A DNA stretch of 64,000 bases from contig CBFHOE010000009.1 in the NCBI GenBank assembly GCA_965657355.1, forward strand, positions 64,001-128,000, given 5' to 3'. The notes under the pieces were generated by a model, which worked only from the letters and a program-made list of their open reading frames with translations, was not told the origin of the DNA and did not search any database. The stretch is from Limisphaerales bacterium (GTDB lineage: Bacteria > Verrucomicrobiota > Verrucomicrobiia > Limisphaerales > JAJOIW01). The stretch's first letter is position 1. The number at the start of each line of letters is the position of its first letter. The position numbers and the translations under genes are program-made. Of the stretch, positions 48,327-58,812 are shown piece by piece.

Positions 48327-48473
48327 TAGACAAAATTAAATTTTAGTTATACAAAACGTAATAAATACGGATGTTAATCTCGACTAAATTTAGTCAAAAT
48401 CAAGAAATTAGATAAAAAAATACTACCGGATAGTTTGTCTATATTTTTTCTATGTTTCTCTGAATTTTGTCTA
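48327..48473 (-). promoter_or_regulatory. Putative CarH/LitR-like operator array upstream of crtN
   Basis: The minus strand from 48473 to 48431 reads TAGACAAAATT CAGAGAAACA TAGAAAAAATA TAGACAAACTA (10-11 bp periodic repeats). An inverted copy TAGACAAAATT lies at 48327-48337, TATACA at 48348, and a perfect palindrome GACTAAATTTAGTC at 48382-48395. Confidence 0.5.
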
Positions 48474-48996
48474 GCTTTAAGCTTTTTTAGGATAATGATA
48501 GGAATCAGGCGAAAAGCGGCAGGTTCTAAGCTGCAGTTATCCTATGTGCCATGTGATTTAATTGTCGGTTGAGCTAAACAAATCAGTCAGTAGAAATGAC
48601 AGTCAATCGAAACATTGAGAAGTTTATCGAAACCAGGTCGTTTGATTTATTGCAAATCCAATCGATTCTCAGGCTTTTGTGCTGCAAAATAATTCTAATC
48701 ACATGATAATCTGGCGCTTCAGTGATTTAGTTTGGCGATCCTCTCAACTATTTTAAAGAGGCCAAAGTGTTCTCCCATGGATTCAAATGTCGACTATTAA
48801 AACCGGCGTCAATAGCGTTTTCGATTATTGGTATTAGCTATTTTATGCCCCCTATTAAATGAGGCACTTTTTCGAAGCCAAGAGATAGTTGAGAATGCCT
48901 CGGGAAATTCATCTTAAAGCTCGGTAATTTGGACCGTATCAGTTGCCATCTTTTTATTAACATCAACCCGAAATATCCGACAAAGAAAACGACGTA

Positions 48997-49613
48997 TTAA
49001 AAGACAACTATTTTTGAGACCAATCCAACAGATAGTTCTCATAGTATTTCGTATAAAGATTCACTCAGATACATCCAATGGAGCGCCCCGAGATATGGAA
49101 ATTATGAGTTAATAAACAACTAAAATCACAGTCTGATAAGAGGCTGATGACTTTATCATCACATGCGTTTGGTAAAACTATGGGAAAGAAATCAAATCCC
49201 AATCCATGTCTATTAAAAACATTCAGCAATTAGGATGAAACAGTAATAAGTATAATTACAATTATATCCGACAATGATTTGAACCAGAGCATGAGCTTTG
49301 TTGGAATGCCAACTTTCACTGTTCCGAGAGATTTAAAAATTAAGGTAAAATTCGAAAATGGAAACCCCGAGCCGCAAAACATCTTTATTATCGAGAAAGC
49401 CATGACCAAAAGATCCAAGTGAGATCTTTATGTTTGGAAGGGGCCACCAAGAAAGACATAATTTCATTTGCGGTTATTGAAATTGAGAAAATTGCAATAG
49501 CCAGCAAATTCACCACGCACGCGGCAAGTAGACATAAGATATATCTCAACATTAATAAGTTCAGCCCAAATTCTTCAATCTTTTCCAAGATTACGAATTA
49601 TTTCGTTTTCCAT
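48997..49613 (-). pseudogene. tatC: Probable heavily decayed tatC remnant
   Basis: Fragments appear in collinear order across shifting frames: APSKHKDLTWIFWSWLSR, FCGSGFPF, AHALVQIIVG, GLGFDFFPIVL, APLDVSE* and IL*ELSVGLVSKIV. These echo TatC motifs as I recall them (..GLxFELP.., ..TPPDVxSQ.., ..LYExSIxxSKIV). There are multiple stops and frameshifts. Confidence 0.4.
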
Positions 49614-49850
49614 ATCCCAGTGAATTCCGGGTAGGGTGGCAATAAAACCCGAATCCTTCCGGCTTTTTTATTTGATGGTATAAATAGAAAACAAGGTTTA
49701 TTGTGGAGGTATTACAAGCGTTAATGTTCTCAGGCCGAATCATTGGATCTGAATTAATTAAATCATGTAATCGATTTAAAAAAGACAGGATCTATGACTG
49801 CCAGGAATAATGACTCCGTTACCGTTAAAAATAATAAATTGATAATTCAT

Positions 49851-51161
49851 ATGAGGAATATTCTTCTGACAATTTACATTGCCTCTCACTTTCTAGTGTT
49901 CACCTCATCACAAGCTGACTGGCCTCAATGGCGCGGCCCTAATGGTCAAGGCATAGATGATTTCTCCATAATTCCAAGTGAATGGAATGAAAATAAGAAT
50001 ATTTCGTGGAAAACAGAAGTGGCAGGAAAAGGGTGGTCTTCGCCAGTCATAACTGGAAATCAAGTCTGGATCACAACGGCCCACGAGACTCTGGCCCCAA
50101 AGGAAGAAAGAGATGAGCGATTAAAGGCAAACACTGGCGGCCAACCGGTGGTCGTACTTTCAAATGTTCGTATCCATGCCGTATGCATTGATAAAAATTC
50201 CGGAAAAATACTCCATGATATTGAAGTGCTCAGGAAAAAAAATCCTCAATGGGTCCATAAGACCAATAGCTATGCTTCCCCCACTCCAGTAATTGATAAT
50301 GATAAAATATACTTTCAGAATGGTTCGTATGGTTCTGCCTGTCTGGATCTTAAAACGCTGGATATAGTCTGGACCAATCAAGATCTATGGGTCATGCATG
50401 AGAATGGGCCCGGAGGATCCCCGATTATTTGGAACGATCTATTAATCTTTCACATGGATGGTAGCGACAACCAATACATTGTCGCTTTGGATAAGATGAC
50501 AGGAAAGGTAAAGTGGCGCACTCCTCGGTCTGGTAAAATGCATTCAAACCCGCAACTCAAAAAAGCCTACGGCACGCCTGCTATCACCCAGATAAATGGA
50601 AAGGATGTTATCTTTTCCACAGCCGCAAACTGGCTTTATGGCTACGAACCATCTTCGGGAAAAGAACTTTGGAAAGTTGAATATGGTTTCTTAGGCTTTT
50701 CAAATGTACCTAAGCCTGTATTCGGTGACGGCATGGTCTACATCGGAACTAGTTTTATGAAGCCACAAATCCTCGCACTAGATATTACAAAAGATATTCC
50801 CGAAATATCTTGGTCGTATAAAAGAGGAGTCCCCGCTGTTTCTTCACCTGTTTTGGTCGGTAATGAATTATTTTTTGTCAGTGACTCAGGAGGCGTTGTG
50901 ACATGCCTTGATAGTAAGACAGGAACGGAGCATTTTCGCGAAAGAATTGGAGGTAATCATAGCGCCTCCCCAACTTACGTCAGTGGCCGTATTTTATTTC
51001 ATAGCAAAGAGGGAGAAACCGTAGCTATTAAACCGGGATCAGAATTTGAAATCCTGGGGAAAAACAAGCTATCAGGCGAACATCACGCTAGCGCTGCTGT
51101 CAGTTCCAACTCTCTATTCCTCAGGACGGATAAAGCGTTATATAAAATATCCAACAAATAA
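49851..51161 (+). CDS. PQQ-binding-like (BamB-like) beta-propeller protein
   Basis: Signal peptide, DWPQWRGP, GWSSPVI, NSYASPTP, GGSPII, SASP and FLRT. Probable ATG at 49851. Confidence 0.9.
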   Translation: MRNILLTIYIASHFLVFTSSQADWPQWRGPNGQGIDDFSIIPSEWNENKNISWKTEVAGKGWSSPVITGNQVWITTAHETLAPKEERDERLKANTGGQPVVVLSNVRIHAVCIDKNSGKILHDIEVLRKKNPQWVHKTNSYASPTPVIDNDKIYFQNGSYGSACLDLKTLDIVWTNQDLWVMHENGPGGSPIIWNDLLIFHMDGSDNQYIVALDKMTGKVKWRTPRSGKMHSNPQLKKAYGTPAITQINGKDVIFSTAANWLYGYEPSSGKELWKVEYGFLGFSNVPKPVFGDGMVYIGTSFMKPQILALDITKDIPEISWSYKRGVPAVSSPVLVGNELFFVSDSGGVVTCLDSKTGTEHFRERIGGNHSASPTYVSGRILFHSKEGETVAIKPGSEFEILGKNKLSGEHHASAAVSSNSLFLRTDKALYKISNK

Positions 51162-51376
51162 TTTACTCAGCTTAAATGCTCGTCAAAAAATATGGGTTTG
51201 GATGATCCCATTCGTCGTTTCACCAGTCTGACATTGGGAATCAAACAATCAAAATCGATTCTTTATCTGGCTTTTGATTCTGAATGAAGCAACGCCACAT
51301 TCTTTGAATGGTGAAGCAGGCTCATTGACAGACTTTTAAGGCTCAAAGTGAGTGGCAAGTATTTGCCAGTTCAATT

Positions 51377-52726
51377 TTAACCCTTGATGACATTAATTTC
51401 ACTAATGGAATCTGCGAACCTCTCTAGCCCCAATCCCATAGCATTTGCTTGGGTAAGCCAAAGGTTTGCAAGAGGAGTTCCCTCTGGCATGTTCACGTGA
51501 AGGCCCGTTTTAATTTTTGCTCCTCCTTTACCAGCCACTATGATCGGCAAATCGTTGTATTGGTGAGTTGATCCATCACCTAGACCAGATCCATAAGTGA
51601 AGAAGGTATTGTCAAGAAGCGATGTGCCATTAATTTCTTTTATGGAATCCATTTTCTCGACCAGGTAGGCAAACTGTTCCATGTGAAAATAATCAACCCT
51701 GAGAAGATCTTGGATCATTTTTGTTTGGTTATGTGACATTTGGTGATGGCTCCTAGGTTTATCGAATATTCCATCAAACATGTACGGAGTATCCCACCTT
51801 TCAGGGCCCACCATGAATGTTGCAACATTCGTCAGTCCCGCCTGAAGAGCAACAACCATAAGATCTCCCATAAGCCGGATAAATTCACCGCGTGGCAAAT
51901 ACGAGTCAGGAGGTTCTTCAAAATTGATTTTTGAAAGTTCAGCCTTCATAGACTCAAGCTTATCCATTTGGGTCTCAATGGTTCGTATGGAGTCAAAGTA
52001 TTCTGTAAATTTTTGTTTATCGTTATATCCAAGATGCTTTCGCATTGACCTGGCATCCTCCAAAACCAGGTCTGTGACATCTCTATACTTCTTGTTCTCC
52101 CTAGTGGAAAAAAGTCTTTGGTAAACTGCCCTGGGGCTTCTGATAGATGGAGCTAGATGATCAGTGCCATACCAAGAGATATTGTCAAAGTGGATAGACT
52201 CCTTGTTGTCTTTGTGGGTATTACAACTAAATTCCAGAGTCTTAAAGGGTGTGGTGTGACCAACTTTGTCAGCAACAATATGATCTAAGGTCCTATCTAG
52301 TGGCCACGCTGATTGTTTAACAGAATAAGCCACAGCGCTGCTTAAATAACAACTCGCACACTGGGCATGAACGTCAGTGCCATTTTGATATACCCTGTCC
52401 ATTCCTGTGATTAAGTTGATCTTTTCCTTATGTGATTCCAAAGGCTTCATGGTGGGCGTCAGTTGATCAAGTGGCTTGACGGATAGGACAGGATCTTGCT
52501 CGCCGAGAGAAGACATAACATTACCCAAATTACCCTTAGGAATAACATGATCCTGTTCACCAGGAAAAAAACCTCGTCGGACTACTCCGATTGGGACATA
52601 AAAATGAGCCATCCTTTGGGCTACTTTAGAATGAGGTTTTGCGAATCCCATACTTTCCATGAAGGGCAAGGATAATACCGCCCCGCCCATACCATGGAGG
52701 AATTTTCGTCGAGATGTTTTCATCAA
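51377..52726 (-). CDS. DUF1552 domain protein (Tat-type signal)
   Basis: SRRKFLHGMGGAVLSLPFMES, NISW, PRAVYQRLF, HHQMSH, GTSLLDNT, GSGLGDGSTH and PLANLWLT. Confidence 0.92.
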   Translation of the reverse strand: MMKTSRRKFLHGMGGAVLSLPFMESMGFAKPHSKVAQRMAHFYVPIGVVRRGFFPGEQDHVIPKGNLGNVMSSLGEQDPVLSVKPLDQLTPTMKPLESHKEKINLITGMDRVYQNGTDVHAQCASCYLSSAVAYSVKQSAWPLDRTLDHIVADKVGHTTPFKTLEFSCNTHKDNKESIHFDNISWYGTDHLAPSIRSPRAVYQRLFSTRENKKYRDVTDLVLEDARSMRKHLGYNDKQKFTEYFDSIRTIETQMDKLESMKAELSKINFEEPPDSYLPRGEFIRLMGDLMVVALQAGLTNVATFMVGPERWDTPYMFDGIFDKPRSHHQMSHNQTKMIQDLLRVDYFHMEQFAYLVEKMDSIKEINGTSLLDNTFFTYGSGLGDGSTHQYNDLPIIVAGKGGAKIKTGLHVNMPEGTPLANLWLTQANAMGLGLERFADSISEINVIKG

Positions 52727-54771
52727 TTCATTTCTATCATTTGGGGGTTAGACTTCATTTGAAACGGGTCACTCATTATGACGCCTATTATAAAATCTTT
52801 CATTTTATATCCATCTGGCTTTGTTTTTTTGACGATGGATTCTAGTGCCATTTGATCACCTGGCCCAAGCGCCCTGGCTAGAGCGAAGGATAATAGATGG
52901 CCAGCAAATGCCTTGGCAAAACGATCTTTCTCTGCAAGCAATGCGTCTTTGAATTCAAGTATGTCAGCAAAATGATGTGTTCTGAACAAGGTTCCAGCCA
53001 TATCTATCTCTCGACCATTTGGGTAGTGGGTTCGCCAATTGCCAATGGCATCAAAATTTTCTAAAGCAAACCCGAGCGGATCGATTTTTTCATGACATCC
53101 GCGACAGTCTGTTCGTTCTCGATGTTTAGAAAGCCTTTCTCTGAGCGTCATGTTTTTCTCCTCCTCAGGTGGGTGCTCATCAAGGGGAGGAGCATCCGCT
53201 GGCGGTGGTTCAGGAGGATTATTAAAAATTACACTAGCCAACCAAGATCCCCTCGTGATCGGTTTCGTTCTTTCTGTTCCAGATGTCATTGTCATGACGG
53301 CAGCATTAGTGATGACACCACCATTTCTCCTATCAGAAACAGGCATACGATGAAAACGCAGAACTGTCACTTCATTGCGAGATTTCCCATCAAAGTCACC
53401 TAATGCTAGCCCTTTGTATGCATGTTGAAGTAGCGATGATCGATATGTGAAATCCGAATCGATCAATTGAAGTATGGATTTATTCTCCACCAATACCGTT
53501 TCAAAGACGAGCAGAGGTTCTAGCATCATATGCATACTGTCACGGTATTTTAGGAAATAGAAATCAGGAAACAAATCCCTGTTTGGGGTTGCTGAAATTA
53601 TCCTCTCAAGCTGCAACCACTGTGATGGAAAACTGTCACAAAACCTTTTAAGTTTCTGGTCTAAAAGCATCCGATTAACCTGAGCCTCAAGAACGTCTGC
53701 CCGGAGCAGGTCATCCGAAGCGGCAAGCATCAATAATTCTTTGTCTGGAATACTGCCCCAAAGAAAAAAAGATAATCTTGATGCGAGTTCGAAACTGTCG
53801 ACCCTGTCTGAATTCTTTTTATCATCGGTAAATCCATCGTAGTGGTAGAGAAACATTGGAGAAGAAATAACGGCAGCCGACACGTCCTTCATGGCATCTT
53901 GAAAAGACGCCCCCTCAGAAATTTTTTTTATGACGAAACTTGAGTATCTATCGAGGACATCTGATGTAACAATTCTTCTAAATGCTCGAGAGAGAAACTT
54001 TTCTAATCGATCTTTTACGACCAGCTCAACCTCTTGGCCGGCAGCTGGGGATTTAAAAAATTCATTCCAAATCCCAACATTTGAAGAATTAAAATCGTTA
54101 CTGTTTACAACTGACTGGCCGAGCCTTAAAAAAGCTTCCAAAAGAAGCGGGGACAAAGAAAGATGATCTCCACGATTATCAAAACCATTCTCAGCCCTTA
54201 AGTCCTGAGGAAATGGAGCCACACCAGCGAGACGTTTTTCAATCATTTGGGACTTTCCCAAAGGCCGGCTACCGACGGTCACGACATCACCCATTTTCTT
54301 GGTCTCAGGCTTAAAGTAGTTCTGGTGCTCTCGCATCATTCGCTCGGGCAGGCTAAAAACAACACCTCGCAATTTGAATAGATCAACCACAGCATTATCG
54401 TATTGAAAGCGATTCATGCGCCTCATTGGAGCATGATTATATGATTTCTTTTTAGCAAAACGGGCGCGAATACTTTCAAGGGCATCCACCAATCTTTTTT
54501 TGGACTCTATACTCAGTTGAGGCTCATCTTCAGGCGGCATTTCATTAAAATCCAAAACATCGACAATTGTATCCAACAATTCTCTATCTCTATCAAAATC
54601 AGATATTTTTTTAATTTTTGTAAGGTCTACCTTCCCTTTCGTTTTGCCATTCTTTCCGTGGCATTGGACACAACTCTCATTGAATATTTTAGTAATGGAC
54701 CCAAAATCCCCTGCTAACCCGCCATGAGAAAGCACCCCAAACAAGATGAGAAAAGAAAGGAATTTTTGCAT
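52723..54771 (-). CDS. DUF1592/DUF1588/DUF1585/DUF1587/DUF1595 protein with an N-terminal cytochrome c domain
   Basis: CVQCHG, MPPEDE, RRMNRFQYDN, GFDN, ELASRLSFFLWGSIPD, TKPITRGSW and CRGCHEKIDPLGFALENFD. Overlaps the DUF1552 gene. Confidence 0.93.
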   Translation of the reverse strand: MQKFLSFLILFGVLSHGGLAGDFGSITKIFNESCVQCHGKNGKTKGKVDLTKIKKISDFDRDRELLDTIVDVLDFNEMPPEDEPQLSIESKKRLVDALESIRARFAKKKSYNHAPMRRMNRFQYDNAVVDLFKLRGVVFSLPERMMREHQNYFKPETKKMGDVVTVGSRPLGKSQMIEKRLAGVAPFPQDLRAENGFDNRGDHLSLSPLLLEAFLRLGQSVVNSNDFNSSNVGIWNEFFKSPAAGQEVELVVKDRLEKFLSRAFRRIVTSDVLDRYSSFVIKKISEGASFQDAMKDVSAAVISSPMFLYHYDGFTDDKKNSDRVDSFELASRLSFFLWGSIPDKELLMLAASDDLLRADVLEAQVNRMLLDQKLKRFCDSFPSQWLQLERIISATPNRDLFPDFYFLKYRDSMHMMLEPLLVFETVLVENKSILQLIDSDFTYRSSLLQHAYKGLALGDFDGKSRNEVTVLRFHRMPVSDRRNGGVITNAAVMTMTSGTERTKPITRGSWLASVIFNNPPEPPPADAPPLDEHPPEEEKNMTLRERLSKHRERTDCRGCHEKIDPLGFALENFDAIGNWRTHYPNGREIDMAGTLFRTHHFADILEFKDALLAEKDRFAKAFAGHLLSFALARALGPGDQMALESIVKKTKPDGYKMKDFIIGVIMSDPFQMKSNPQMIEMN

Positions 54772-55231
54772 TTCCAAAATATTAACATCAATCCAACCAT
54801 TGAAAATAATTTTCCATCGATCAATGAATGCGATGAAATTTTGGATTTATGTGCATTTTAGATCATTTTTTCAATGACTACTCCATTTCCCTGCATTTTT
54901 TATTTATGAAAAATGACTCGTTGTGAATGAATTTCCACCGGCAACCGAGAAGTGGATGTGTCATGACAGAAACAGCTCTCCATGATGAATGAGCTCACAC
55001 TCAAAAACATAACGATTCGAATTCATTGGGTTTTGTATCCCAAAAAAGTCAAGTCATACCCCTTGAACAAAAAAATCCCTTCTCCGAAATATAACGCAGA
55101 GACAGAGATTTTTGAAATTTACTAATTTCTCCTAAGTTGACTGAAATTCATGAAATCATGGATCAATGATCATAATTTTCCCGAGGAGAGTGATGTGTTC
55201 TGTTTGGAACCAATGAAACGTGAACTCAGCA

Positions 55232-58200
55232 CTAATCTTCCTTATCACCGGAGGCTAACTCATCGAAATAGCTAACAAGTAACGGGCGTGCCCTCTTAAT
55301 TTTCTCCAAATCGAAATTCACGCGGGCTACCCGACTAATATATCTGTAGACACCGGCAACTTCATCACTCCATGGTCCAGAAACAATAGTTCTTGCCGTC
55401 TCTTTTTTGTTATTTTTCTTGTGAATATCGGCACCGTTTTTTATGAGAAGTTCCACTGTTTCTATCTTTCCTGCCCAGGCAGAAACATGAAGAGGAGTAT
55501 TACCATCACGGTTCTGTATACCAATATCTGCTCCGCGCTCAAGAAGGTATCTTACCATTTTATTATTACCTCTAAAAGCTGCAGCGACCAAAGGTGCGCC
55601 CCCTTGATCAGCCAAACCATTGATCGGTGCCCCCTGCCCGATGAGCTGCTTGGTCAATGCGAAATTCCCTGATGAAACTGCCTCCTCTAGCTGGTTGGAC
55701 AGAATCTGATCTTTGGCCTCATCACTTGCCACGTGAAATATAAAATCATTGCTAAACAATCCCTGCGGGTTCTGGACCTGTATCAAATGCATACCCTCTG
55801 AAGGCAATTCCACCAGTTCTATCGTGACATCATTATTTTCGCCAAGAGTCACCTTTCCGGGTACTCGATGACCGTTTACAATGACATTTGCTCGTTCATC
55901 AATATACATCCCACTGACCTCCATTGATTTATTATCTCCAAATAGATAGGGAAATTTCTGCTTTCCACGTTGGGCGTGTATGGGGCCTCTTGTCCAAATT
56001 GCTGGTTGAGGTGTGTCTAAAGTTGCGCTTACTCCATGCCGGGCAGTAAATGTGGCAATAAATTTACCCTCAGATGCAAGATTGATGAGATCCTTTCTGG
56101 TATATATTTTTGATGTATCAACGTCAGAAATATATCCTTTAATTTTATTCCCCTCACTATATCGCAAATTAATGGGATCAGATCTTTCTCCATTAATAAG
56201 AACACCCTGACCTTCAAAAACAACAGCACCTTCGCTATCCGCTTTTTCCAAAGCCGCAATGAAAGATTCGGTATGACTTTGTCGCGCTGTTTCCTTATTG
56301 AGACTTACCTGCCGAGCGAAAGCTCCTGAAAAACCAGTGCTACCTTCCAGCACCATATTCCAAACAGGATTAAATCTTCGACGCCCCCCCCACGATAACT
56401 GCCATATACTTTTTTCATCCTGACCTCGCTCAGCAATTCTTCTGTAAAAGTCAAAATCAATAATATTAAGACGGCCCTGAGGAAGGATTAAAAATCTGTC
56501 GTAGGCGCCCCTCCAAGTCGGTGCATCCATTCCACTTCCCGGAGTATTCGTACTCACCCAGAACGGCATGCGGTGGCAATTTCCACAAACATTTGGATTG
56601 GCCTGTTTCGGGTCATTATCGCCTTTGATGTGAAAAAGATCGAAACCTTGTTTTGCCTCATCGGATAATTCATTGGTGTAGGATCGACGCTGGGCGGGTG
56701 GAAAAGGAACAGACAAGAGAAATTGTGCCATATCATCTCTTTGGGCCGCGGATAGCAACCCAGGTTTACCTTCATCATTCAGAGTTGGATCACCCACGGT
56801 AGCCATTGTTGACGCCAGACCTCCGTCTATGAGATGCCGAGTCGAACTAGCGGGATCCGCGACGCTACTATTTGGAGCATCGGCCCCATGAACATTCGCA
56901 CTGTTATTTCCACCATAAGGATCCCCTGGAATTCCATCCCAGTGATAGGGCTCCGTATTCCTAAGCCCCCTTACGGGCATAGTAGAGCGCGGCATGATCT
57001 GGTTCCCTCCTGTTACCACAGGCGTTTTTAAAACCCACAACAGTTGATCTGTATGACCATCAGGGTGACAACTGGCGCAAGAAAATGTATGTGTGGTTGA
57101 AGCTGCCGCCGTGTTGAAAGCGATTCGACCCCGCTTAAAAATTGGATGTGTGGGATCTTGTAGAGCAATCGTTGTTACTAATTCAGGTTCTGATGCATTG
57201 CTAATATCCACCAAAGAAATTGAGTTTTCTACTGCATTAAAAACCCAAGATTTAATAGCTTTACCATCTTGGTCATGAACCAGTGCAATGCCTCTCGGCA
57301 CAGCGCCTACTTTTACGCTCCCCATGACGAGGCCGCTCATAGCATCCACTGTGAACATTTTATCAGAGCCTGCTGCAGTTGCGTATATGACGGAGTCGTC
57401 CTCGCTTATCTGAATAGCAAAAGGAGTCGCATAAGCATCATCGATTGCTGGTTGATTGGGAGGCAGGGGTTCCAAATTTAAAAAGCGTTTTTTTTCACCC
57501 TTTTTCTCTCCTGGATCATATTTAGTTATCTGGTTGAGAAAAGGTCGATTCTCAAGTTCAGCTAATCCATGCTTTTTACTCCCGGAGCGACCATTGGCAT
57601 CATTTCTAGCGTCGGTTTGTGAAATATAGACCTGCCCTTCGGATCCGACAGTCAGTCCGTATAAAAGCGTACCTAACGTATCGACGACCTCAATGAGCTC
57701 ATCCGTGTTGGTGTCATATATGAATAGATCACGATCCGGAACTTTTGGATGTTTTATAATATCCACGACATGGCCGATGGATAAAACGTTGTTGACTCTT
57801 ATGGAATGCTCCCATGCATTAAATGTGGTTAAGTCCCCGTCTATTTTATTACCGCCCGATAATTGAGTCTTATTATTCGACTCAAATGGAATGACGTAAA
57901 GTTTATCATTGCGGACGACCAAAGCCCTTGGATCTTGGGCGGGAATATAAAGTTTTTTCAGAATATTTTTATTATGGACATCGACTACTGCAATTTGGTT
58001 TTCAGAAGACAGAGCAATGTATGCTTTTTCGTTTCCAGCGAACGCTATACCAACAGGTTCATCAAAGCGAGTTGCTTTTGTCCTCTGGTCAATATCCTGA
58101 ATAGTGGCTGTCACATGCCGAAATGTCGCATTTGATGAAACGAGATCGATTACACTTACTGAATCTGAAATATGATTCGACACCCATAACTCTTTACCGT

Positions 58201-58489
58201 CAGGCCTAATAGCCAAACTGACGGGGTCAATGCCAACAGGAATCCGACAAATGATCTTTTTGGTGCCTGAATCTATTATGTCTACCGTATCTGCTGGCGT
58301 ATTTACGACATAAACAAGGCCATCAATAAATGCTATTGGGTTAGCATGCGGGCTCATAAAGGAAGGATGCCCCACGTCCTGGTGTTCAAATGCTTTATTA
58401 CCTGCCCGTAGACTATCGGCATTGCCAAAAATAACCCCGATGAGAACGAAAAACGAAAAGAACCTTAATTCTATGTTTCTTACATTCAT
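55232..58489 (-). CDS. Exported YncE/YVTN beta-propeller + di-heme cytochrome c peroxidase/MauG-like domain + C-terminal ankyrin repeats
   Basis: IPVGIDPVSLAIRPDGKELWV, CASCHPDG, RGLRNTEPYHWDG and CGNCH, then ankyrin motifs GAPLVAAAFRGN and DGNTPLHVSAWAG. Probable ATG at 58489. Confidence 0.82.
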   Translation of the reverse strand: MNVRNIELRFFSFFVLIGVIFGNADSLRAGNKAFEHQDVGHPSFMSPHANPIAFIDGLVYVVNTPADTVDIIDSGTKKIICRIPVGIDPVSLAIRPDGKELWVSNHISDSVSVIDLVSSNATFRHVTATIQDIDQRTKATRFDEPVGIAFAGNEKAYIALSSENQIAVVDVHNKNILKKLYIPAQDPRALVVRNDKLYVIPFESNNKTQLSGGNKIDGDLTTFNAWEHSIRVNNVLSIGHVVDIIKHPKVPDRDLFIYDTNTDELIEVVDTLGTLLYGLTVGSEGQVYISQTDARNDANGRSGSKKHGLAELENRPFLNQITKYDPGEKKGEKKRFLNLEPLPPNQPAIDDAYATPFAIQISEDDSVIYATAAGSDKMFTVDAMSGLVMGSVKVGAVPRGIALVHDQDGKAIKSWVFNAVENSISLVDISNASEPELVTTIALQDPTHPIFKRGRIAFNTAAASTTHTFSCASCHPDGHTDQLLWVLKTPVVTGGNQIMPRSTMPVRGLRNTEPYHWDGIPGDPYGGNNSANVHGADAPNSSVADPASSTRHLIDGGLASTMATVGDPTLNDEGKPGLLSAAQRDDMAQFLLSVPFPPAQRRSYTNELSDEAKQGFDLFHIKGDNDPKQANPNVCGNCHRMPFWVSTNTPGSGMDAPTWRGAYDRFLILPQGRLNIIDFDFYRRIAERGQDEKSIWQLSWGGRRRFNPVWNMVLEGSTGFSGAFARQVSLNKETARQSHTESFIAALEKADSEGAVVFEGQGVLINGERSDPINLRYSEGNKIKGYISDVDTSKIYTRKDLINLASEGKFIATFTARHGVSATLDTPQPAIWTRGPIHAQRGKQKFPYLFGDNKSMEVSGMYIDERANVIVNGHRVPGKVTLGENNDVTIELVELPSEGMHLIQVQNPQGLFSNDFIFHVASDEAKDQILSNQLEEAVSSGNFALTKQLIGQGAPINGLADQGGAPLVAAAFRGNNKMVRYLLERGADIGIQNRDGNTPLHVSAWAGKIETVELLIKNGADIHKKNNKKETARTIVSGPWSDEVAGVYRYISRVARVNFDLEKIKRARPLLVSYFDELASGDKED

Positions 58490-58812
58490 GGATAAATTCC
58501 TTAAGACTAAAACAAAATACATAAAGATTAACGATTGAGCATTTAAATTGCTGACTTTTTTTGCTTGGAATTTCACTGCTAAAGATTTTTCCCAAAAAAT
58601 TTAGGGATTTTTATATGCTTTTTCGAAAAATATGAACCCCAAAGCCCCGGCATCAAATGAGTCTCCCTCCGGAATCCGATTACGAAGACTCGAATTTGAT
58701 TGAAATTATTCTATGGAATACTGATTGGTGTTCCTTTTGTTTTTAATTATGATTTTGACGGTATTTCCCGAAAATATATTTTATACTTAACCCTAAGAAA
58801 GAAACCTGATAA

